NCBI GenBank assembly: GCA_021780675.1
Contig: JAJXYH010000004.1
Location: forward strand, 5,668-69,667
Length of the DNA: 64,000 bases
Direction of reading: 5' to 3'
Origin: a bacterium
Lineage (GTDB): Bacteria; Patescibacteriota; Microgenomatia; Levybacterales; UBA12049
Shown: positions 40,480 through 50,742 of the stretch, in pieces
Layout: the number at the start of each line of letters is the position of its first letter
How positions within the stretch are numbered: position 1 is the first letter of the stretch
Notes under the pieces: generated by a model
What the model was told of the DNA's origin: nothing
What the model saw: only the letters and a program-made list of their open reading frames with translations
The model's database searches: none
Translations under genes and position numbers: made by a program

Positions 40480-41913
40480 TTAGTCTACGAATTTAAAACC
40501 ACGCCCTTTAACAGTTAAAATATGAATTGGGCTGTTAGGGTTATTTTCAATTTTTTTTCTCAACCTAAAAATTAATTGATCTAAAGCCTGGTCGGTTACA
40601 CCCAACGTGGTTTTTTGGTTTCCCCAAACAGCGTTAATGATGTCTTCTTTTTCTAAAATCTTTTCTTTCTGAGAGATTAAAAATTTTAATAACTTAAATT
40701 CGGAAGAAGTTAAATTATCGGAAATTACACCTTCGCCCAGTTTAATTTCATTAGTGTTTTCATCAACAGTTAATTTAAGACCGGTTTTTACAGTTTGGGA
40801 TTTAATAATTGCGTTTTTAATAAATTCTCCAAATAGCGGAATTGTTACTTTTCCACCGGAAACAAGGAAGATTTTTTCTAAAAAAGGTTGTTGTTCTTTG
40901 TTGTCGATAAAATATTGCTGCTCTGAAGGGTTTAAACTGTTCCAGATAGAGAAAAGCGAGCTTCTTACCGGGCGCTGTGAAAGCAAATAAGTTATTAATT
41001 GGTTGTTTTCGGAAATTAATTTTTTTTCGGCGGTAAGTGCCGATTCAAGCGAAAGAATGGTTAGTCTTCCGTGTCCTGCAGTTAATTTTGATATTTCATC
41101 AAGCATTTTTTTATCGACTTTTTTATTGATTATTTTTTCAAGATATGAAATTCTAAAATCAAGACCCGGCTTGTCTAAGATGGGCAAATAGATAATTTTT
41201 TCCGCCAAATATTCAAAAAAATCGGCAAAAAGCATTGGTTCAGTTACATCTTCGAGGGGTTTATTTAAAGAAAATACAGCAGAAAAATAATATTTTGCCC
41301 TGTTTCTTAAAACTCTAAGGTTGGCAAAAAATTCGTTTGTGAGCATCGGAATATATTCTTCGAATCTATCAAAAAGGAGAATCAGTTTTAAATTTCTTTC
41401 AACACATAAATAGTCAATTGTTTTTTTAAGGCCTGCAAAAAGCACCATTTCATCGTTGAACCCGATACTCTCTTTAAAATAGTTATTAATTACTTCGTAC
41501 TCTTTTTTTAAACCTCTTTCGCGCAAGGAATCTAAAATTCCCAAGAAGATAAATTTATTTGCATCAAATAACGGTCTTTTTCTAATTTCGGAAAAGTTTA
41601 AAAGGACAAAATGAAAATTTTTCTGATTTTCCCCAAGATGAATAAGTCTTACTTTTTTATTGTAAGAAAGGAGCCCCAAAAGATTAGATCTGCCAACACC
41701 CGGAATAGATACGACTTGACAGGAATTGCCCTCTTTTATAAATTTGAGAATTTTTTCAATTTCTTCAAATCTTGAATTTTGCGGGTATAAACTTTCGAAA
41801 TGTTCTGTTTCCATAAAGATATTGTAATTTTTTTGTAATACAAATATCAAGCTAAAAAATTCCCGCGGATTTAAAATTTTGGCATATGAAAGAACGCGGA
41901 GATGAATTGACAA
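40480..41913 (-). CDS. transcriptional regulator: AAA-like NTPase domain (GVGRSN Walker A variant) + C-terminal OmpR/PhoB-type winged helix; immediately upstream of pilin operon
   Basis: VVSIPGVGRSNLLGLL, LILLFDRFEE. C-terminal INAVWGNQKTTLGVTDQALDQLIFRLRKKI...ILTVKGRGFKF. The true start is probably the internal METEHF. Confidence 0.5.
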   Translation of the reverse strand: MSIHLRVLSYAKILNPREFFSLIFVLQKNYNIFMETEHFESLYPQNSRFEEIEKILKFIKEGNSCQVVSIPGVGRSNLLGLLSYNKKVRLIHLGENQKNFHFVLLNFSEIRKRPLFDANKFIFLGILDSLRERGLKKEYEVINNYFKESIGFNDEMVLFAGLKKTIDYLCVERNLKLILLFDRFEEYIPMLTNEFFANLRVLRNRAKYYFSAVFSLNKPLEDVTEPMLFADFFEYLAEKIIYLPILDKPGLDFRISYLEKIINKKVDKKMLDEISKLTAGHGRLTILSLESALTAEKKLISENNQLITYLLSQRPVRSSLFSIWNSLNPSEQQYFIDNKEQQPFLEKIFLVSGGKVTIPLFGEFIKNAIIKSQTVKTGLKLTVDENTNEIKLGEGVISDNLTSSEFKLLKFLISQKEKILEKEDIINAVWGNQKTTLGVTDQALDQLIFRLRKKIENNPNSPIHILTVKGRGFKFVD

Positions 41914-44282
41914 ACCAGGCTAATTCCTTTAGTCTTGAAGGAAGAGGAGGTATTATGCCGGACGGAGGAACACCAGAACAACCAGAGCCAAATTTAAGTC
42001 CAGAAATAAGCGGAGATGCGTTAGCGTCGTCAAATAATTCTGTTGCAAGACTTGAAGAGTTAGCGGGAGAAGGCTCCGGAGAGAGAATTAGAGAAGAGCA
42101 AAAAAAATCCCAAAGAAAATTTTTGGAAAGTCAAGAATCCGATAGGCTGCCAAGATCATTTGAAGACTTGGTCGGGAAAATAATGAATTCGGCAGAAGCG
42201 CAGTGGAAAGAAGATGGAGATCAGGCATTAATAGATAAAGAGGGAAATATTAATAAAGAAAATTTTTTAGCCTGGGTAAGAGATAGGATGATGTGGCTTC
42301 ATGATTTTAATTCGGTTACTGAGACCAGCTTTTTTTCCGACGTTAACATAACTGTTGGTTATGCCAAAATTACCCTTTACGATATGATTTTTACCGGTAA
42401 ATACTTTTTACACGAAGTAAAGGGTAATGATGGAAATATTTCTTACCATAAAAGTGATGATCTTGAAAAACTTAAAGATCAGCTTATAAACGAAGCATTT
42501 CTTTTTGGAAATTCCAGAAATAATGATGTTAAGTATAAGTCGATGATGCCTAATGAAGCAGAACTTCCAAAACTCTTGCAACAAATATATTTTGCTAACC
42601 CGTTTTTAAGAGGCAGCAACTTTCAGGATATTTTAACACTTAATTCTGTTGATAAAAATAGAATTCAACAGCTAAGAGATGAATCCGGCAATGTTGCAGA
42701 GTTTGATAAAAACAGGATTAAAAATCTGGTTGAAAAAGATTCAAGTGTTGGAGAAGGGGTAAGAAGAGCACTCCTTGCCTATTACCACATACGTGATATT
42801 GAGATGCTTAAAAAAATATTTGAGGTGGAGGAAGGTAAAAAAATTCAGAATTTAGCTCTTTTTATGGAAGGATACGATGATTATGATTCAAAAACTTTAA
42901 GACTTGCAGTTGATGAAAATGGCGCAAATAAACCTAAGAAAAAGGGTGAAGCAAATCAGGATTTAAAAGACACAGAAGCAGCGGAAAATATCCCCGATGG
43001 GGAAAAAACTTCAGTTGAATACGATAGCGATGGGAAAGTTAAGTTAGATACTAAAGCCCAAATCAAACGATTTACGGATTATATGAATCCATTTAATTTG
43101 GCCAGAAAAGAGGAAAGACAAGAAGGTGAAATTCGGGAAAGAATTAGGCAATCAATAATGCAGGTAACAGGACTTACTTATTCGGAAGCAAAATATGCAG
43201 AGTCATGGGCGTATTCAATGGCCAGATGGACGGGAATTGGCGCAAGAAACGATACGGGAGCCGCTGCATTTGATGCATGGAGTAAACCGCAAAATTTACT
43301 TCCATACAGACTTAAGCAGCTGGAAGATAAAAGACTGGGTGTATTTGGGAATAAGTTTAATCTGGCAGGAATTAAAAGAGCAGGACTTACGATGTTTGAG
43401 GGGATTTCCGATATCCATGGCAGAAATATTATAGAGGCAATTCAGGGAGGACAAGGAATGGAATTTAACGCAGATAATCCGTTTAAAACCACAGATGCAA
43501 AAACAAATCTTGCTTTTGGAAAAGATACAGGAAGCTTTTTTGTTAGTAATCATGTGATGAACTCATTTAAGATCTACGATTTTATAATTAACCATACAGA
43601 CTTTAATATCGAAGATATGATTACATATGATACTTTTGGAAGGCCGATAATCGACCATGAAAAAGCGGATAAAATAATTGATGGTATTCAAAAGGCTATC
43701 AGGTACGCGTATTGCACATGGGATGGGATAAACTACAACAAATCTATAAGAGTTATGGAAAAAGATGTGGATGGAAACGATGAAATAAAAGAAATGCCAC
43801 TTATTGCAGCGATGTTTGGACCCGATATTTTAAAAATGATCCAAAACGATATTAGTGAGAGGGAAGCAAGGCTTAAGCCAGGAGAGTCTTTAACACGGGG
43901 CGTAAGAACTAATATTTGGACAATTGCTCCTGATCACGATAATTTCCAGATGGATATGGAAAAAGTACAATCGAAAGCTGTTAGGGAAGTGCTTTGGAAA
44001 AGTATATTACAGTACTTAATCGCAGAAGAAGTACATTCACATAGAAGCAGGGCCAGTGAAGAAACAAGGTATGGCTATGATATGGTAGAAAAGGTGTACG
44101 ACTTCTTAAGAAGAAAAGGCATTGCCGATAAAGCGGAAATTGATGAGATGCGAAAACTTAGTAATTCTACTCTTAGGGTATTAAATATAGAAGATTTTGT
44201 AATGGAGGCAGGTAAAGGAACACTTAAAGGTTTTTGGAGTATGATGAGAATAATAATGAGCGGTCTTATGACAGGGAAGTAA
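41886..44282 (+). CDS. large soluble hypothetical protein (798 aa), divergent from the regulator
   Basis: No TM and no recognisable catalytic motifs. Acidic N-terminus. The start may be the downstream MPDGGTPEQ. Confidence 0.4.
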   Translation: MKERGDELTNQANSFSLEGRGGIMPDGGTPEQPEPNLSPEISGDALASSNNSVARLEELAGEGSGERIREEQKKSQRKFLESQESDRLPRSFEDLVGKIMNSAEAQWKEDGDQALIDKEGNINKENFLAWVRDRMMWLHDFNSVTETSFFSDVNITVGYAKITLYDMIFTGKYFLHEVKGNDGNISYHKSDDLEKLKDQLINEAFLFGNSRNNDVKYKSMMPNEAELPKLLQQIYFANPFLRGSNFQDILTLNSVDKNRIQQLRDESGNVAEFDKNRIKNLVEKDSSVGEGVRRALLAYYHIRDIEMLKKIFEVEEGKKIQNLALFMEGYDDYDSKTLRLAVDENGANKPKKKGEANQDLKDTEAAENIPDGEKTSVEYDSDGKVKLDTKAQIKRFTDYMNPFNLARKEERQEGEIRERIRQSIMQVTGLTYSEAKYAESWAYSMARWTGIGARNDTGAAAFDAWSKPQNLLPYRLKQLEDKRLGVFGNKFNLAGIKRAGLTMFEGISDIHGRNIIEAIQGGQGMEFNADNPFKTTDAKTNLAFGKDTGSFFVSNHVMNSFKIYDFIINHTDFNIEDMITYDTFGRPIIDHEKADKIIDGIQKAIRYAYCTWDGINYNKSIRVMEKDVDGNDEIKEMPLIAAMFGPDILKMIQNDISEREARLKPGESLTRGVRTNIWTIAPDHDNFQMDMEKVQSKAVREVLWKSILQYLIAEEVHSHRSRASEETRYGYDMVEKVYDFLRRKGIADKAEIDEMRKLSNSTLRVLNIEDFVMEAGKGTLKGFWSMMRIIMSGLMTGK

Positions 44283-44286
44283 TTAT

Positions 44287-46071
44287 TTAAGATCTAATTA
44301 TCGGTTTTCCATTTCGATCAACTAGCCCCGTCCCGCCCGTGTCTGTTCCCCCTGTAATATTAGATTCATTAGGTTTTTTTCCAGTAATTTCTTCATGCAC
44401 CGCTTTTAATTGGTCATGTCTGCCGGAAGCTGTTGCGACTTCTTGCGAGGACGGAGTTCTGGCTACAAAACCGGTTGCTCTTTGCAGTGCATTCCTTTGG
44501 ACTGTTTTAGATGACTCATTATAGTTTCCGGCTGTATATCTTTGTAGCCTGCTTCCAACAAAACCTCTCATTTGATTTGTTCTTGGATCTCTATAGTACA
44601 TTCTGGATGCAACACCCCCGGCAAATCCTGCAACAGCTGCTTGTCCTGTGCCAACGCCGCCCATACTAAGCCCACTACCTCCTGCGCCAAAGGTTTTTCT
44701 AACCTTTTCGACAATGCTGGGTGATGCGAGAATAAAACCAACTGCAATTAAAGCTCCATACATTGTCTGATTCCCTCCACCTGTTACATTTCCAATTATG
44801 GGGGGGTTAAACATTGTACCGGCATTTGACTGCGACAGCGCGTCCATGATAGTTCTTGCGACAATAAATACAAATAAGGTTGCAGGAAATGGCGCAAGAT
44901 TCCCGGCCATATTTTTTATCCAGGAGGTAAAACCTAAGCTCCCACTAGCCCCGGGTATAAGACCACCCAGAATCCATAAAGGAGCCAAGATTGTTCCAAG
45001 CAAAACATTGATAAAACATTTAAGAAGCGCAAACCAAAGCCTAAACAGGGCAACAATAACGGCAATTACAAAAATAAGAAATACAATAATCCCGGCAATA
45101 AAACCAATAAGACTTGCAATTAAATGCCAGAAAGCATCCATAATCGTATTAACCCAACAGCCTAAGAAAAAGCATCCCTGACTAGAATTATTATCGGTCA
45201 TTGCTCCAGAAACTTGGTTGGATGCCAGAACATTATGTACTAGGCTTCCAACACTCGAAGCAGCTGAGGCAGAAAGACCTAAAATTCCACCATCTTTTCC
45301 GCCAAACATATCATTAGTAAATCCAATACTTGACTCCGTTGCCCACTTAGATATATCTACGTGTTGTGCATTAGGAGTTAGCGTATCAATTACCAAAAAA
45401 TTAGTAACCCACATGGCATCTATTAAAAGTCCGGCAATTGCATAGGAAAAAGTGATCATTACAAGCCCGATAATAAGTTTTGGAATTTGGTTTTGGATTG
45501 TCATAACAGTTCGGGGGTCAATTCTTAAGCGTAGCATTATTGCAATCCCTACAATTATAAAAATCACCATCATTAGAAGGTATGCAAGATTTCTAAAAAT
45601 TGTAAACAAACCAAGAACAGGTGATAGTCCTACAAAACCAATACTATTGTCCGCTGCATTTGCAGTTTTTACAATACCGAAATTATTTGCAGCATAGGCA
45701 ATATAATCGGAAGTATGTACGGGTATTAAATAAGTTGCGGTAAGTAAATTTCCCATCATGCCTATTGCTCCTCCACCACTTTCTTTAACAAAGCCGATTC
45801 TTCCGGTATTTTTATCTATTCCGAGACATGATTGTTTTGAATTTATAGGATCAATGCCTGTAAGTTGGCAAATCATAGAAGACATGGTTTCAATCATTAC
45901 ATTTTGAGTCCAGGTATGTAAATTGACCGGAACATTAGGATCCATATTGGATGAAAGCGTTTGCTTAAGTTGAGTGGAAGAGCTCTGAGCAAACGACTTG
46001 TGGGGGCTGATAATAAAAACCAATAAAATAAAGGCAAAAAACAAACCTAAGACCTTGGCAGCAAACCTCAT
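44287..46071 (-). CDS. VirB6/TrbL-like polytopic membrane protein
   Basis: Signal peptide (SFA-QS), at least 7 hydrophobic helices, Gly-rich C-terminal tail. The assignment rests on architecture and context only. Confidence 0.4.
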   Translation of the reverse strand: MRFAAKVLGLFFAFILLVFIISPHKSFAQSSSTQLKQTLSSNMDPNVPVNLHTWTQNVMIETMSSMICQLTGIDPINSKQSCLGIDKNTGRIGFVKESGGGAIGMMGNLLTATYLIPVHTSDYIAYAANNFGIVKTANAADNSIGFVGLSPVLGLFTIFRNLAYLLMMVIFIIVGIAIMLRLRIDPRTVMTIQNQIPKLIIGLVMITFSYAIAGLLIDAMWVTNFLVIDTLTPNAQHVDISKWATESSIGFTNDMFGGKDGGILGLSASAASSVGSLVHNVLASNQVSGAMTDNNSSQGCFFLGCWVNTIMDAFWHLIASLIGFIAGIIVFLIFVIAVIVALFRLWFALLKCFINVLLGTILAPLWILGGLIPGASGSLGFTSWIKNMAGNLAPFPATLFVFIVARTIMDALSQSNAGTMFNPPIIGNVTGGGNQTMYGALIAVGFILASPSIVEKVRKTFGAGGSGLSMGGVGTGQAAVAGFAGGVASRMYYRDPRTNQMRGFVGSRLQRYTAGNYNESSKTVQRNALQRATGFVARTPSSQEVATASGRHDQLKAVHEEITGKKPNESNITGGTDTGGTGLVDRNGKPIIRS

Positions 46072-46305
46072 ATTAATTACAGTTTGTATGATTTTTATTT
46101 GCTTGTCAAGTTTAAGATGAAGAGTAGTATAAATTATTTTATATGCATGCGCGGGATAATTCCTTTCCCAAATAGTATAAGGCAGGATTTAAATACTCTG
46201 TCAAATAGGTTTAAAAAATTATTATATTGCAGAATTTCTGCGGATATTCTGCATAATTTAAGCAACTTATTAAATTTAACAAATAAAAGATAAGGCTTAA
46301 ATTAG

Positions 46306-46392
46306 CGGAGAGGGCGAGATTCGAACTCGCGAAGAGCTTGCACTCTTAGCGGTTTTCAAGACCGCCGCACTAGTCCACTATGCGACCTCTCC
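46306..46392 (-). tRNA. tRNA-Ser (anticodon TGA), class II long variable arm
   Basis: Manual fold: acceptor GGAGAGG/CCTCTCC, anticodon stem GCGGT/ACCGC, loop CTTGAAA, T-arm GCGAG-TTCGAAT-CTCGC. Confidence 0.8.
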
Positions 46393-46525
46393 AAGTGTAT
46401 CGAGGAGATTAGTACCTGCATGAAATGCATGGTACGACCTCTCCGTAATGCTAATTATAATTTAACTTGATGGTTTATGCCAGTATTTACTTGACTATTA
46501 GTTTCTTATCTACTACATTAAATTT

Positions 46526-47056
46526 ATGCCAAGTAAAAAGGATTCAGCCCCAAAAGAAGAAATTAATGAAGCTCAAGATACTACGCTTCTAGAATGGGAG
46601 TCACCTGGAAGACCATTTAAAAAAAGAACAAAACAATATTATTTAACAGCACTTTTAATTACTCTTCTGGTTGAAACCATTCTATTTTTATTCTCAGAAT
46701 ATTTACTAATGTTTGTGGCGGCCTCGCTTTTGTTTGTAACCTTTGCTCTTGCGAGCGTTCCTCCCAAAACTTTCAAATACCGCATATCTACTCAAGGCAT
46801 TCAAATTGAAGACAGGTTTTTTATTTGGCAGGAGTTTTATGATTTCTATTTTTTAAAACGCGAAGACACGGAAACATTGCATATAAGAACCGAAGCCTTT
46901 TTCCCCGGTGAGTTAGTTTTAACTTTCAATGTGGAAAATAAAGAAAAAATTAAAAAAGCATTGATTGACTATATTCCCTTTAGGGAGTACGTTAAATTAA
47001 CTTTTATGGAAAGGTCAGCCGATTGGCTTGCCAGAAATTTTCCCCTGGAAAGTTAA
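46526..47056 (+). CDS. membrane protein, hypothetical
   Basis: 176 aa, two hydrophobic helices after a basic N-terminus. Confidence 0.35.
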   Translation: MPSKKDSAPKEEINEAQDTTLLEWESPGRPFKKRTKQYYLTALLITLLVETILFLFSEYLLMFVAASLLFVTFALASVPPKTFKYRISTQGIQIEDRFFIWQEFYDFYFLKREDTETLHIRTEAFFPGELVLTFNVENKEKIKKALIDYIPFREYVKLTFMERSADWLARNFPLES

Positions 47057-47101
47057 CAATTTGCCCCAAACTATTATATAAAGTAAAATACGAGTATCTT
47101 T

Positions 47102-47174
47102 GTGCCCGTAGTTCAACGGATAGAACACCTGGTTGCGGTCCAGGCGGTTGGAGGTTCGATTCCTCTCGGGCACG
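47102..47174 (+). tRNA. tRNA-Arg (anticodon read as GCG)
   Basis: Acceptor GTGCCCG/CGGGCAC, D-arm GTTC-AACGGATA-GAAC, anticodon stem CCTGG/CCAGG with loop TTGCGGT, T-arm GGAGG-TTCGATT-CCTCT. The isotype is inferred from the anticodon only. Confidence 0.65.
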
Positions 47175-47179
47175 CAAAA

Positions 47180-48901
47180 TCAATTACAATTCCCACCGGA
47201 AACTTTAATATTTTTCAACTGATTATAGAAATTCTGGTAAATATATCCATAATTTTTTATCGTGCAATCGTTCGGGTCATTTTTGTGTAATATAAAGTAG
47301 ACTTGTTTTTCTAAATTTACCCAATTTGCCCGGTCAAAAAAATATAAATAATTAATTAGCGAGTTTGTATCTAAATTTGTACCGATTTTAAACGTGTTTT
47401 TGTCAATTAAATATTTACTAATTAACTTTTTATTCTCGTTATTATTTTTAATTAAAATTAATGAAAAGTCATCCAAATAAATAGGCTTGAAGTCTGAACT
47501 ATTTAAGTAAAATTGAATATTCTTTGAAGATTCATAAGTATAGAACACAAAAATAATATTAACTTTGTATTTTATAAAAATCGGTTTTAATAAGTTGGGG
47601 TTTTGAGTAGCCGGGTAATAAACATTAAGACCGAATTCTTTTGGGTAAGCTTCCGGACGGGCGTCAATAAATACTTTTTCTTTGGGGAACAAAGAGTACG
47701 CCAAATATTGTCCGCTGTCAAAATTATTATAAATTGGTCCATGCAGTTTATTATCCAAATAAAAAGTAATGGAGTTTTTGCCGGGATTATTTGCGCCAAG
47801 GCCTAACATTTGTTGGGAAACGTGTTTAAAAAGAAAAAGAACCAAGCACATACAGATAAAAAATAAGATAAGATTTTCAAAATTAACAATCCTTTTATTG
47901 GATAATGTTTTTTTTGCAAAAATTAACAGATTATTTATAACCAAGCTTAAAATTTTTACCGATGGAATAAAAATTGCATATGCAAAAAAGGCAATGTTCC
48001 GGTTTGCGTAAACCACGCCGAATGTAAAAGTAAAAATCAATAAAAAATCGGATAAAAATAATTTTTTCCGGTAGCGTAAGCCCAACAAAAACATAAAAAT
48101 TCCATAACAAATTGCAGTTAAAAACGGTTGGTAATACATACCGTTTCTAATCATGTAAATTATATTTTGGTTTTCGGCAATTGACACGGAATATCCAAGG
48201 TTAAAACTTAACGGGAATAGTGCGCCATTAATAAAATTTGGGTTTAAAAAAGTAGCTATTATTGATAAGAGAAAAACTTTTGATAAAGTTTTAAATTTTT
48301 GTGAACGGATGGTTTTGCCTGAAAAAAATTCATCAATAGCAAAAATAAAAATTAAAACAAGTCCTAGGACAAAAAAGATATGCAGGTTTACCCATAAGGC
48401 TTCCATTGGGATTAATAGATATATTAGTAAGGTCTTTTTCTCTTTAAATTTATAAAGAATAAGCAAAAACAAAGTGAGTAAAAAATAGCTGAAGATTTCC
48501 GGACGTATTTCGTTTCTCAAGAAGACTAAATTTAAAATTATAAGTGAAGTTAATAATATAGAAATTGGATGGAATCTTTTAATGGAATAAATAATTAAGC
48601 TTAAAAAAGTAAGCAGTGATATTATTTCAATAAAAATAACTAAGCCATTAAACCCCGTAAAGTTTACAATTAAATATAATATGATTTCCGAAAGCCAATG
48701 GGAATTTACATAATGATAATTGGTGTTTGTATAAGAGATTAAATTGGTTTTTATAATCTCGTGTGTTTGTACCATGTACTTACCAAACAAAAGATGTCTT
48801 CCCAGGTCAAGATTAAGCGATGCGGGATGGAAGAAAGCAATAAAAATAAACAGGAAACAAAAAAAATAGGCACAAACTAATAAGATTTTCTTTAATCCCA
48901 T
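47180..48901 (-). CDS. large polytopic membrane protein, possibly GT-C family glycosyltransferase
   Basis: 573 aa with >12 hydrophobic helices. No verifiable motif. Confidence 0.35.
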   Translation of the reverse strand: MGLKKILLVCAYFFCFLFIFIAFFHPASLNLDLGRHLLFGKYMVQTHEIIKTNLISYTNTNYHYVNSHWLSEIILYLIVNFTGFNGLVIFIEIISLLTFLSLIIYSIKRFHPISILLTSLIILNLVFLRNEIRPEIFSYFLLTLFLLILYKFKEKKTLLIYLLIPMEALWVNLHIFFVLGLVLIFIFAIDEFFSGKTIRSQKFKTLSKVFLLSIIATFLNPNFINGALFPLSFNLGYSVSIAENQNIIYMIRNGMYYQPFLTAICYGIFMFLLGLRYRKKLFLSDFLLIFTFTFGVVYANRNIAFFAYAIFIPSVKILSLVINNLLIFAKKTLSNKRIVNFENLILFFICMCLVLFLFKHVSQQMLGLGANNPGKNSITFYLDNKLHGPIYNNFDSGQYLAYSLFPKEKVFIDARPEAYPKEFGLNVYYPATQNPNLLKPIFIKYKVNIIFVFYTYESSKNIQFYLNSSDFKPIYLDDFSLILIKNNNENKKLISKYLIDKNTFKIGTNLDTNSLINYLYFFDRANWVNLEKQVYFILHKNDPNDCTIKNYGYIYQNFYNQLKNIKVSGGNCN

Positions 48902-49000
48902 AAGTTGATAATAGCAAATTTTATTTTAACCGTTTGTCTGTTAAAATATAAAGACCCGGAGGGGTCTTCCTACAAGAGGACTATTCTCCTTGGTAAACCC

Positions 49001-49087
49001 GGAGGGGTCGCATAGTGGACTAGTGCGGCGGTTTCGAAAACCGCTATAGCCGAAAGGTTATCGTGAGTTCGAATCTCACCCTCTCCG
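49001..49087 (+). tRNA. tRNA-Ser (anticodon CGA)
   Basis: Same scaffold as the other Ser tRNAs (GGAGGGGTCGCATAGTGGACTAGTGCGGCGGT). Anticodon loop TTCGAAA. Confidence 0.8.
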
Positions 49088-49193
49088 CACGTCGCAATAA
49101 GACTTTCGCTTTTCACTCCAACATGGTTGGAGCTTAAAATTTTAAGTCTTTTGCCCCTTTTAAAATTATTGCGTAATTTTATAGAATGTTTTT

Positions 49194-49991
49194 ATGGATA
49201 AAATAATTGAAGTTAAAAATCTTATTAAGAAGTTTAAAGATTTTAAAGCGGTAGACGATGTTACTTTTGAAGTTGAAAAAGGAGACATTTTTGCCTTTTT
49301 AGGACCTAATGGTGCAGGTAAAACAACCACCATAAAAATGCTAACCACGCTTTTAAAACCAACAGCAGGAGAAATTTTATTAGATAATATTAATGTAATT
49401 AAACATCCTGAAAACGCAAGAAAAAACTTCGGCATCGTATTTCAAGACCAAAGTTTGGATGATGAATTAACGGCATTAGAAAACATGGAATTCCACGCCG
49501 TTCTTTATGGAGTTGGTAAGAATCTTAGAGAAAAAAGAATTGAAGAACTTTTAAATTACGTTGAACTTTGGGACAGGAGAAAGTCTTTGGTTAAAACATT
49601 TTCCGGTGGGATGAAAAGGCGTTTGGAAATTGCACGCGGACTTTTGCATCATCCCAAAATTCTGTTTTTAGATGAACCGACTTCGGGTTTAGACCCGCAG
49701 ACCAGGAATTATATTTGGGACTATATTGCCAAATTAAACAAAAAAGAGGATATAACGGTGTTTTTTACAACACATTACATTGAAGAGGCGGAAAAATATT
49801 CTAAAACAATTGCCATAATGGATCATGGAAAAATAATTGCCAAGGAGTCCCCGCAGAAGTTAAAAGAGCAGACGAAAACAGACAGTTTGGAAGCAGCATT
49901 TCTGGCATTAACCGGAAATAACATTAGAGATGAAGATGCCAACGGGATAGATCAGCTTAGAAATCATAGAAAAATGTGGAGGGGGCATTAA
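49194..49991 (+). CDS. ABC transporter ATP-binding protein
   Basis: Walker A GPNGAGKTT, signature FSGGMKRRLEIA, Walker B LFLDEPTSGLD. Confidence 0.85.
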   Translation: MDKIIEVKNLIKKFKDFKAVDDVTFEVEKGDIFAFLGPNGAGKTTTIKMLTTLLKPTAGEILLDNINVIKHPENARKNFGIVFQDQSLDDELTALENMEFHAVLYGVGKNLREKRIEELLNYVELWDRRKSLVKTFSGGMKRRLEIARGLLHHPKILFLDEPTSGLDPQTRNYIWDYIAKLNKKEDITVFFTTHYIEEAEKYSKTIAIMDHGKIIAKESPQKLKEQTKTDSLEAAFLALTGNNIRDEDANGIDQLRNHRKMWRGH

Positions 49992-49992
49992 T

Positions 49993-50739
49993 ATGAATGC
50001 AGTTTATATTTTGTGGAAAAGAGAATTGTTAAGATATTTTAGATCACGTGCAAGACTTGCCGGTTCTTTAGGTCAGCCGCTTTTATTTTTAGTAGCTCTG
50101 GGGTTTGGTTTGGGTCCTGTTTTTCAAAAAGCGGGGCAAGGGAATTATTTTGAGTTTTTAGCGCCTGGTGTTGTTTCCATGGGAATATTATTTACGGGAA
50201 TTTTTGCCGGAATTCAGGTTATTTGGGACAGACAATTCGGTTTTTTAAAGGAAACTTTAGTTGCGCCAGTTACCAGGTTTGAAATTGTATTGGGAAAAAC
50301 ACTGGGGGGAGCAACAGTTGCATTTTTACAAGGGCTGATAGTTTTGATTTTAACGCTTCTAATCGGAGTAAAAGTTCATTCCTGGACTTTGTTTCCGTTT
50401 GCGCTTGTAGCAATGTTTTTAATTGCGGTATTTTTTACAGCTTTAGGAATAACTATTGCTTCTCTTTTTGAAGACATGCAGGGATTTCAGCTGGTAATGA
50501 ATTTTGTAGTTCAGCCGACATTCTTTTTGTCCGGAGCTTTATTTCCTCTTACAGGGCTCCCAAACTTTTTAAAAATAATTACCGAAGTTGATCCCCTAAC
50601 TTATGGCGTGGATGCGGTGAGGGGTGCATTAATAAACCAGGGACATTTTCCTCTGTCTACAGATATTGGCGTAATGTTTATTTTAAGCATTGTTGTTTTG
50701 GTAATCGGAAGTTATTTGTTCTCCAAAGTTGAGGTTTAA
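49993..50739 (+). CDS. ABC-2 family transporter permease
   Basis: 248 aa with 6 hydrophobic helices. Immediately follows the ABC ATPase. Confidence 0.7.
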   Translation: MNAVYILWKRELLRYFRSRARLAGSLGQPLLFLVALGFGLGPVFQKAGQGNYFEFLAPGVVSMGILFTGIFAGIQVIWDRQFGFLKETLVAPVTRFEIVLGKTLGGATVAFLQGLIVLILTLLIGVKVHSWTLFPFALVAMFLIAVFFTALGITIASLFEDMQGFQLVMNFVVQPTFFLSGALFPLTGLPNFLKIITEVDPLTYGVDAVRGALINQGHFPLSTDIGVMFILSIVVLVIGSYLFSKVEV

Positions 50740-50742
50740 TTT

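Noticed and set aside
47023-47290. ORFs 47023-47208 and 47102-47290
   Set aside because: They overlap tRNA-Arg on the same strand. Spurious.
48950-49000. Hairpin aagaccc-ggag-gggtctt upstream of tRNA-Ser(CGA) as a terminator
   Set aside because: No U-tract on either strand. It sits upstream of, not downstream of, the neighbouring gene's 3' end. It is more likely tRNA-promoter/processing context or a by-product of 5'-end duplication.
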